Below are positions 9,199-15,568 of a DNA stretch of 64,000 nucleotides, in pieces. The notes under the pieces are model-generated. The model was not told the DNA's origin, searched no databases, and was given only the letters and a program-made list of their open reading frames with translations. Source of the stretch: a virus. Position numbers and translations under genes: made by a program. Position 1 is the first letter of the stretch. Every line of letters starts with the position of its first letter. Location: positions 7,083 to 71,082 of the IMG/VR virus record IMGVR_UViG_3300031344_000007. One strand, given 5' to 3'.

Positions 9199-9357
9199 AA
9201 TTTTAATATAAATACTTGGTTTGTTTATTTGTAGCTCTGACGGGATTTAAACTCTTACGAACTTTTGGTTCAAGTTGTTGTAATAATTTTTCTGCGTTCT
9301 TTCCAATTTGCCACAGTATTATATTTTCATATGAATACTGTGGAATTGGAAATTATG

Positions 9358-9719
9358 TGGTGGAGATGCGGGGCATCGATTCCCCGGTGTTGCAATGTGA
9401 TTAATAAGTTTTCTACAAGTTTATTTGATTTTCATAAATCAGCAAAATGTTAATTGTATTTTTCCAGAACAACTACAAAACTGTCCAGAACTTATTTTAC
9501 TTCCTTTCTGATTTGGGAAGTTTTTTGCTGTTTATTTTTTCCTGTTACGCAATTGAAAGTACGGCACTCTTTACAAATACGCTGTTTCCTTTTGTCAAGG
9601 AAGTAGGAATAGACATAATGTCTTCTGCATTTATTGTTTTGAACCTTTTTAAAGTAGTCCGATTCAACTACTACTTGCTTACATCATTTTTCTACATACA
9701 GTCAAATCCATTCATCCCC
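9358..9719 (-). ncRNA. ssrA: tmRNA
   Basis: 5' GGGGATGAATGGATTTGAC, 3' CATCTCCACCA, G3:U70 pair, resume context ATAAAT-GCA, tag ORF 9628-9545. Confidence 0.93.
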
Positions 9720-9761
9720 ATTATTTTAAAGAACTTTTATTCTAATAATAAATAGTTGTTA

Positions 9762-10487
9762 TTATTTTTTATTTTTCGGTTCTTTTCTAAAACTCCATTT
9801 ATAATCAAAACCGTGTTGTTCAATTTTATATTTATCAGCCACTTCAATAATTTCTTTTTCACCTCTACCAAGAACACCACCAATAAACATACTTATTTCC
9901 TGAAATGCTTGAAAACTATCAAATACTCTATAAAACAGATAATCACTTAAAATTGGATTAATAAAAAGTTTTTCATCACGTCTATAATAATGACCAACAC
10001 TTTTTCTATTATAATCACTATCATAAATAAAAATAGGTGCTTTAAAATCTCTAAATAATTGAAGAGCATCGTAATTTTTAATATAATTATAGTGTTCTTC
10101 AAGATTTCCATACCAACCTTTATTATCAATAATTGTTTTTATTAAATCAAAATCATATGTAATTGTAGTTATAAGTGTTTCTGGATAATCTTTTTTGTTT
10201 TCATAATATAATTTCCAACCAATATATAATTTTCCACAAAATCCAATAATAAAAGAACTACAATTTTGATAATTTTTATATTGTTCATTTTTTATTGTAT
10301 GATTTCCAATATTTAAAAAAGGCGAATCTTTACTTTTTTTAAAAGAAAATCCCTTTCTTTGAAATATTGATGGGAATTTTTTTTCTTCAACCTCAATTAT
10401 TTCACGGTCATAAACAAGTGTCTTATCAATACCCATAGTACCAACAACACCATCGTAAAAATCTTTTTTCTTCGAAATTATTAACAT
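9762..10487 (-). CDS. Conserved-looking phage hypothetical protein
   Basis: 241 aa; KDFYDG, IGFCGKLY, KIEQHGFD..WSFRK. Confidence 0.65.
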   Translation of the reverse strand: MLIISKKKDFYDGVVGTMGIDKTLVYDREIIEVEEKKFPSIFQRKGFSFKKSKDSPFLNIGNHTIKNEQYKNYQNCSSFIIGFCGKLYIGWKLYYENKKDYPETLITTITYDFDLIKTIIDNKGWYGNLEEHYNYIKNYDALQLFRDFKAPIFIYDSDYNRKSVGHYYRRDEKLFINPILSDYLFYRVFDSFQAFQEISMFIGGVLGRGEKEIIEVADKYKIEQHGFDYKWSFRKEPKNKK

Positions 10488-10556
10488 AATTTTACAAATT
10501 TAGTCTATTATATAAATATATGCAAATAAAAAATAAGTTTTATTTAGATATCAAAG

Positions 10557-10639
10557 CACACCGAGAACGATTCGAACGCTCAAAACCATTACTGGTCGCA
10601 CTTTTGGAGAGTGTTTGGCTTACCAATGCCTACCGATGT
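10557..10639 (-). tRNA. tRNA-Trp(CCA) with a long variable arm
   Basis: Acceptor ACATCGG/TCGGTGT, G73, loop CT CCA AA, variable arm ACCA-GTAA-TGGT. Confidence 0.82.
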
Positions 10640-10662
10640 GTATATTACTGAAATAATTTTTG

Positions 10663-10744
10663 TAGCTCTGGTCGGATTCGAACCGACACGCCCGAAGACA
10701 TTTGCTTTTAAGACAAACACGTCTACCAATTCCATCACAGAGCC
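10663..10744 (-). tRNA. tRNA-Leu(TAA)
   Basis: Anticodon arm TTTGT-CT TAA AA-GCAAA, class II variable arm, T arm GTCGG-TTCGAAT-CCGAC. Confidence 0.92.
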
Positions 10745-10750
10745 ATATTG

Positions 10751-10821
10751 TGGATACTTCGGGACTCGAACCCAATCTTCTGAGTGCAAAACAGACGTTC
10801 TTTCCTTTGAACTAAAGACCC
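10751..10821 (-). tRNA. tRNA-Ala(TGC)
   Basis: G3:U70, A73, loop TT TGC AC; some stem mismatches. Confidence 0.8.
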
Positions 10822-10883
10822 ATATTAAATTTCTATGCTTTCCATTACTTGGAACTATGAAATTTTTAACAGTCTTTCTACCG

Positions 10884-10957
10884 TGGAATCGAAGGGCATC
10901 GAACCCTCACTCTCCTGATTGCAGGTCAGGTGCTTTAGCCAGTTAAGCTACGACCCC
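10884..10957 (-). tRNA. tRNA-Ala(TGC), with C33
   Basis: Acceptor GGGGTCG/CGATTCC with G3:U70, anticodon arm CCTGA-CC TGC AA-TCAGG. Confidence 0.88.
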
Positions 10958-10970
10958 AATTATTATTTAG

Positions 10971-11049
10971 TAGCCAAGAAGAGACTCGAACTCTCACCAA
11001 TGATTATGCGTTCTAAGCGCACAGACTTTACCATTTTGTCCACTCGGCT
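10971..11049 (-). tRNA. tRNA-Leu(TAG)
   Basis: Anticodon arm GTGCG-CT TAG AA-CGCAT, T arm GAGAG-TTCGAGT-CTCTT. Confidence 0.88.
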
Positions 11050-11054
11050 AAATG

Positions 11055-11146
11055 TACCCTAAATCCGACTCGAACGGATATTTTAGTTTTCACTAAAAAA
11101 TTGCTTCTTAGACAATCGTGTCTCACTCCAGTTGCACCATTAGGGC
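11055..11146 (-). tRNA. tRNA-Leu(AAG)
   Basis: Acceptor GCCCTAA/TTAGGGT, anticodon arm ATTGT-CT AAG AA-GCAAT, long variable arm. Confidence 0.85.
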
Positions 11147-11251
11147 ATTTAATTATCGGTTGTAGAACAAATATCGCCTTTTTAACCGATAAATATTAAA
11201 TATCGGTAATTAAGGCGATATTATGATTGTATTTGGCACTACAATCTTTTG

Positions 11252-11326
11252 TATTCCCTGTAGGCTTCGAACCTACGACATCTTGCTTGTAGGGCAAGCA
11301 CTCTGACCCATCTGAGTTAAGGGAAT
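11252..11326 (-). tRNA. tRNA-Val(TAC), with C33
   Basis: Acceptor ATTCCCT/AGGGAAT, anticodon arm CTTGC-CC TAC AA-GCAAG. Confidence 0.9.
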
Positions 11327-11426
11327 ATATTTGTTAGTAAAAGCCAGCATTAAATCAAATTTTATATGATAATGTTAGTATTTCTGTAAGTTTTGACATT
11401 ATTTTAATGAATCTTATGTAAAATAA

Positions 11427-12392
11427 TTATTTCCAAACACTATTTCTATTATTACCTTTACCAGCACATTGTCTTGAGCAATATATATTTTTTGATTTAC
11501 ATTGCTTTCCACAGACTTTACAAAAATTAGTTAACTTATTATATGGATTATCATCATATAAATGAATATAATTTTTACCATATTTTTCAATTATATATGA
11601 AAAAATATGTTTTAGTTCGTTTTTTTTCATAACAATTAATGGTTTTTTAAAAGAATTATATTTTAAAATATCTTTTTTCCTTTCATATCCTTTTATTTCA
11701 TAATAAACATTGTCGATAATAAAATCAGGATAATATTTGTGTTTTATATTATCAATGTAATATTCGAATCCATTATTATTTCTTTCAAAAATAATTTTAT
11801 GGTCTATATTATAGATAACAAATGCTAATTCATAACTACTATCACACCAATATCCTTTATACCAACCAGATTTACCTCTACCAGAACCTTTTCTATAACC
11901 ACCCTTACTAACACCTCTATATTTACAATTTTTATCATTACAATAACATTTTTTTGAACAATATATTCTATTATTTCCAGATTCTCTCACCCAAAAATCA
12001 TTTTTACAAATAGGACAAGTTTTTAATATTCTTTTATTTAAATTTTTTTGTACCCACCTTTTATTTTTATCGTGTAACAAATAATTTTTTTTATTAATAA
12101 AACCTATTTTAAGTTTTGTTTCTTCACTATGTTTTCTAGTGTTTGCACAACTTCTTGAACAAAAATATTTTTCTTTTTTTGGAATATTAACGTTATATTC
12201 ACTAATTTCAAATTCGCTTTTACATGTAAAACATTTAACTTTAAAAATTTTCCATTTGTTTAAAACAGTTATTTTTTGTTTTTCAATACTTTCTAATGTA
12301 GGAATATATTTTGTAGGGTTGTGTTTATTTCTACATTTTGAATTACAATATTTATTTTTTACTTCTTTACCACAATTTAAACATTTATTCAT
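11427..12392 (-). CDS. Free-standing PD-(D/E)XK endonuclease with Cys-rich Zn fingers and a NUMOD3-like motif
   Basis: DSSYE...YYPDF...YEIKG; repeated CxxC..(Y/F)CSxxC; HSEETKLKI. Confidence 0.78.
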   Translation of the reverse strand: MNKCLNCGKEVKNKYCNSKCRNKHNPTKYIPTLESIEKQKITVLNKWKIFKVKCFTCKSEFEISEYNVNIPKKEKYFCSRSCANTRKHSEETKLKIGFINKKNYLLHDKNKRWVQKNLNKRILKTCPICKNDFWVRESGNNRIYCSKKCYCNDKNCKYRGVSKGGYRKGSGRGKSGWYKGYWCDSSYELAFVIYNIDHKIIFERNNNGFEYYIDNIKHKYYPDFIIDNVYYEIKGYERKKDILKYNSFKKPLIVMKKNELKHIFSYIIEKYGKNYIHLYDDNPYNKLTNFCKVCGKQCKSKNIYCSRQCAGKGNNRNSVWK

Positions 12393-12467
12393 ATATAATA
12401 TTTTATATAAATACTATATACTCTTAAAAAGAATCGAAATTGTTTAATTAGAATGATTTAAATTTTG

Positions 12468-12551
12468 TACTGCATGAGGAATTCGAATCCTGCGAAGCCT
12501 TTCGGCACTTGCTTGAGAGGCAAGTCGCTTTAACCACTTGCATAATGCAGC
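12468..12551 (-). tRNA. tRNA-Glu(CTC) with a long variable arm
   Basis: Acceptor GCTGCAT/ATGCAGT, A73, anticodon arm CTTGC-CT CTC AA-GCAAG, variable arm GCC-GAAA-GGC. Confidence 0.82.
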
Positions 12552-12630
12552 AAATTAATTATTTCGTTTTTCTATTATTAATTCATTCAATTTTAAAAAC
12601 AATATAACAAATAGTTATCTTAATTATCAA

Positions 12631-12683
12631 TGCTGAGAACGTAGAATGAGAATCTTTTGTCCTAACCATTAGACGAACCGAGC
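12631..12683 (-). pseudogene. Truncated conventional tRNA-Glu(CTC) remnant
   Basis: GCTCGGT TCGTCTAATGGTTAGGAC...AGA-TT CTC AT-TCT; T arm missing. Confidence 0.6.
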
Positions 12684-12687
12684 ATTT

Positions 12688-13083
12688 CTATTTAAATTGT
12701 TTTGGAAGTAAAAAATGCTTATATTGAAAATGAATTTTAGGTTTAAGTGATGTTTCAAAAAATTCTCCTTGTTCTTTCATATCTTCATCATCTTCTTCAT
12801 ATTTCCAAACAACTAAAATATTGGTAAGGGATTTTGCAACTTTTTGTAATATATTAAAAAGTGCTTTATTTGATGATGAATTAATATATTCAAATTCACA
12901 AGTAATTGTTAAATCAACATCTGAATGGTTTTTAATAAATTCATCTAATGCTTTATCAATATTATCAAAGAACATTAAGGAATTCTCAGGAAATGATTTT
13001 CCAGTTATTGTAAGAATACCTCTTTTAATATTAAAAAAAACTGCGGGTGTGTTGTTCGTTGCATTAATATACAAATTTTCCAT
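12688..13083 (-). CDS. SiaC-family (DUF1987) phosphoprotein
   Basis: ATNNTPAV, GKSFPEN, EYINSSSNK, WKYEEDDEDMKEQGE. Start set at MENLY because the upstream extension overlaps the tRNA. Confidence 0.8.
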   Translation of the reverse strand: MENLYINATNNTPAVFFNIKRGILTITGKSFPENSLMFFDNIDKALDEFIKNHSDVDLTITCEFEYINSSSNKALFNILQKVAKSLTNILVVWKYEEDDEDMKEQGEFFETSLKPKIHFQYKHFLLPKQFK

Positions 13084-13112
13084 AATTAAAATTAGTTTTA
13101 ATTTAACATTTG

Positions 13113-13196
13113 TACAGCGTGTGGGATTCGAACCCAGCGAAACCTTTCGGTACAAGATTGAAGGTCTTGCCACTTTAACCGCTTGTATAACGCTGC
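13113..13196 (-). tRNA. tRNA-Glu(TTC) with a long variable arm and C33
   Basis: Acceptor GCAGCGT/ACGCTGT, A73, anticodon arm CAAGA-CC TTC AA-TCTTG, variable arm ACC-GAAA-GGT. Confidence 0.82.
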
Positions 13197-13200
13197 ATAA

Positions 13201-13294
13201 AATATTAATGTCGCTCTTCCTTGCTGAGTCGTACACCTAATTCAGAATTTTCATCTGAGGTCACAAGAATCGAACTTGCGTCCACATTAATATT
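13201..13294 (-). ncRNA. Circularly permuted tRNA-mimic RNA (YrlA-like order: T arm, closed acceptor, D arm)
   Basis: Terminal 11-bp stem AATATTAATGT/ACATTAATATT encloses GCAAG-TTCGATT-CTTGT, a closed acceptor-like stem and CTC-AGCAAGGAA-GAG. Confidence 0.65.
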
Positions 13295-13298
13295 TTGC

Positions 13299-13369
13299 CG
13301 AGACTGAGAGATTCGAACTCTAACCCACTGCGTGACAGGCAGTTATACTAGCCATTATACTACAGCCTC
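13299..13369 (-). tRNA. tRNA-Asp(GTC)
   Basis: Anticodon arm ACTGC-CT GTC AC-GCAGT, G73, T stem apparently 4 bp. Confidence 0.88.
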
Positions 13370-13382
13370 GAAAATTTCCAAC

Positions 13383-13395
13383 ATGTCAAAGAACA
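13383..13395 (-). promoter_or_regulatory. boxA-like antitermination site TGTTCTTTGACAT
   Basis: Resembles rrn boxA (TGCTCTTTAACA); similar GTTCTTTRA at 9724-9735 and 15263-15274. Confidence 0.55.
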
Positions 13396-13432
13396 TTATA
13401 CGAACAATATTAATTTTTGTTACATTCTTTTC

Positions 13433-13473
13433 AAAAAAAAATCTCGACCATTTTTAAGTGGTCGAGATTTTTT
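13433..13473 (-). terminator. Attenuator terminator of tRNA operon 2
   Basis: AAAAAATCTCGACCA-CTTAAAAA-TGGTCGAGATTTTTTTTT; 5' arm complementary to TGGTCGAGA in the leader. Confidence 0.88.
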
Positions 13474-13490
13474 CATTAAGAAAGGAAATA

Positions 13491-13586
13491 TTATCTTTCT
13501 CGACCAAATATAACAATATCTTCTGCATCTGCCCATAATAGGACAACTGCCATCTCTGATACTAATATGTCGAGTAATCTTTTCAT
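13491..13586 (-). CDS. Leader peptide 2 (MKRLLDILVSEMAVVLLWADAEDIVIFGRER)
   Basis: 31-codon ORF between a TATCTTTG promoter (13642-13649) and the terminator. Confidence 0.8.
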   Translation of the reverse strand: MKRLLDILVSEMAVVLLWADAEDIVIFGRER

Positions 13587-13678
13587 TATTTTTTAATTAT
13601 TAAATTTGTTTTACTAACTTCGTTTAATTCTAAATACGTTGCAAAGATATAAAATGTTACAATATATACAAACTTTTT

Positions 13679-14050
13679 TTAAAATATTTTTTTATAAGTA
13701 TCAAATAATGATTTAATATTTCGACTTCCAACCGGATTCATTGAGTGTATTAGAATTGTTTTAGGTATTTCTAATTTATTGTCAATACAATAATATATTA
13801 ACCATTTAGCACAATGATAACCAGTTTTTTCTGGATTATCATCATAATTAGCAACTCTTTCATAATCAATATAATTAAGGTCATGGTCAAAACTAATAGT
13901 TTCTGGAATACCATTTTCTTGAATCATTTTTACAAACTCATCATAATTTCTTACAATTTTCCAATCAAGAATATTATATGTTGGATTCCCTAAATAATAA
14001 AAAGAATCTACAGGTTCTCTGAAGTCATCGAGATAAAGATTATATATCAT
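13679..14050 (-). CDS. Cyclic-phosphate-processing receiver-like domain protein
   Basis: LYLDDFR, ISFDHDL, TGYHCAKWL, IHSMNPVG motifs. Confidence 0.72.
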   Translation of the reverse strand: MIYNLYLDDFREPVDSFYYLGNPTYNILDWKIVRNYDEFVKMIQENGIPETISFDHDLNYIDYERVANYDDNPEKTGYHCAKWLIYYCIDNKLEIPKTILIHSMNPVGSRNIKSLFDTYKKIF

Positions 14051-14117
14051 AATTTTTAATTATTAATTTGCAAAGATAATAAAAAAATAGATTAAATTTT
14101 ATAAAAAATATAAATAG

Positions 14118-14188
14118 TTCCCTTATTAGGATTTGAACCTAAATATTCATTTTCAGAGAATGAAATGTTACCATTACATCATAAGGAA
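14118..14188 (-). tRNA. tRNA-Gln(CTG)
   Basis: U1:A72 acceptor TTCCTTA/TAAGGGA, anticodon arm TCATT-CT CTG AA-AATGA. Confidence 0.88.
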
Positions 14189-14194
14189 ATATTG

Positions 14195-14267
14195 TTGCCA
14201 TGTACAGATTCGAACTGTAACTAATTGATTCAAAGTCAATTGTGCTAATCCATTACACAACAAGGCA
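14195..14267 (-). tRNA. tRNA-Gln(TTG)
   Basis: Anticodon arm ATTGA-CT TTG AA-TCAAT, T arm TACAG-TTCGAAT-CTGTA. Confidence 0.9.
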
Positions 14268-14273
14268 ATATTG

Positions 14274-14345
14274 GGGGTGATGAGGTATTTGAAACCTCCC
14301 CGACAGAATCACAATCTGGCATGCTACCGCTACACCAATCATCCC
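14274..14345 (-). tRNA. tRNA-His(GTG)
   Basis: Encoded G-1 and C73, loop TT GTG AT. Confidence 0.88.
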
Positions 14346-14352
14346 ATATAAA

Positions 14353-15201
14353 TTATATATTATTATAATATTCTAAAAATTTATTTATTTCATTCTTTAT
14401 ATATTGTTTACCATTTTCAGTATTAATATTTTTCCATTTTATTCTATAAACAACGTATCCATTATCATTTAATATTTTATCTCTAATTACATCATGTTCT
14501 TTTCTATAATTATGTTGTTTACCATCAATTTCTAAATCAATATTTTTATCTTCAATATAAAAATCTAAAAAATAATTACATGAATCGGTTAAGCCTAAAT
14601 TTCTTTTATTTACTGGATAATTATGTTTATAACCAATATTATTATTTTTTAGTACATTAATAAAAAACCGTTCAGGATAACTAATAATATTTCTTGCTGT
14701 CCAACCTTTATGAATACCATTTGCAATTCTTTTATTTATAAAATCTTTAGTATTATTACTTTTTAATTTTAAATGGCATTCTTTTGAACAACATTTAGAT
14801 TTACTTGGTTTTCCACTTAAACATTTTTGAGAAATAAATTCATTTTTACATATTACACATATTTTTTTAGTTTCACGATTAACTTTATTATTAATAAATC
14901 TATTGTTTAATAATGAATCACTTATTTTATTTTTTGTTTCGTTACTTAATTTTCTTTTTTTATTATTAAATGTTGCAGCACATGAACTATTACAAAATTT
15001 GTTTCTACTATTTATTTTTTTATTACAATTTAAACAATATTTTATTTTTTTATTAAAATGTGATACATTAATATCATTTTCTAATATAAATTCGTTTAAT
15101 TCTTCATATACTCTAGCATTTGAAAATCCAAAATATTTTAATAATATTTCATTTTTAGATTTAGATGTTTCAATAATCTCAATTAATTTTTTTTCACACA
15201 C
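14353..15201 (-). CDS. Free-standing DUF559/Vsr-like endonuclease with Zn-finger and NUMOD3-like motifs
   Basis: YFLDF...LEIDGKQH...HDVIRDKIL...GYVVYRIKW. Confidence 0.78.
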   Translation of the reverse strand: MCEKKLIEIIETSKSKNEILLKYFGFSNARVYEELNEFILENDINVSHFNKKIKYCLNCNKKINSRNKFCNSSCAATFNNKKRKLSNETKNKISDSLLNNRFINNKVNRETKKICVICKNEFISQKCLSGKPSKSKCCSKECHLKLKSNNTKDFINKRIANGIHKGWTARNIISYPERFFINVLKNNNIGYKHNYPVNKRNLGLTDSCNYFLDFYIEDKNIDLEIDGKQHNYRKEHDVIRDKILNDNGYVVYRIKWKNINTENGKQYIKNEINKFLEYYNNI

Positions 15202-15345
15202 AATATTTAAATTTATTATAAATACTGTGGATGTCGAAAAAATACGAGTTGAACTATAGGTATTTCAAAGAACTTTGCTAAATTTTTAGTTAACCTTTTG
15301 GTTATGCAGTGATTACTACGTGCAAGTAATTTAACATCAATCACT

Positions 15346-15430
15346 TCGGGGTGACACGGTTCGAACGTGCGAGGGATTTCTCCACCTGCTTCCAAGGCAG
15401 GACTGCTACCAACTACAGACCTACACCCCG
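15346..15430 (-). tRNA. tRNA-Pro(TGG) with a long variable arm
   Basis: Acceptor CGGGGTG/CACCCCG, A73, anticodon arm CCTGC-CT TGG AA-GCAGG, variable arm GGA-GAAA-TCC. Confidence 0.85.
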
Positions 15431-15441
15431 ATATATATAAT

Positions 15442-15470
15442 AAAAAACCCCATTCGTTTGAATGGGGTCT
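15442..15470 (-). terminator. Attenuator terminator of tRNA operon 3
   Basis: AGACCCCATTC-AAAC-GAATGGGGTTTTTT; 5' arm complementary to TGAATGGGG in the leader. Confidence 0.88.
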
Positions 15471-15499
15471 ACTAATTGCTCTCTCACTTCTTAAAAAAC

Positions 15500-15568
15500 T
15501 TAAGCATAGTTTCCCCATTCAGTCACCTGTGGATGTTGTTGGGGGTTAATATGCATTAAATTTTTCAT
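15500..15568 (-). CDS. Leader peptide 3 (MKNLMHINPQQHPQVTEWGNYA)
   Basis: 22-codon ORF between a TATATTTG promoter (15606-15613) and the terminator; PQQHPQ run. Confidence 0.85.
   Translation of the reverse strand: MKNLMHINPQQHPQVTEWGNYA

Noticed and set aside
9231-9262. tRNA-like 3' fragment resembling the end of tRNA-Leu(TAA)
   Set aside because: Only a degenerate T arm and acceptor strand; no cloverleaf
9447-9755. 102-aa + strand ORF
   Set aside because: Antisense to the tmRNA
13113-13196. Reading loop CCTTCAA as a TCA (Sec/opal suppressor) anticodon
   Set aside because: The perfect 5-bp stem centres TTC, the acceptor is 7 bp, and the paralogue has CTC
12688-13236. Longer 182-aa start for the SiaC-like gene
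   Set aside because: The extension runs through tRNA-Glu and the tRNA mimic; the domain begins at MENLY (13083)
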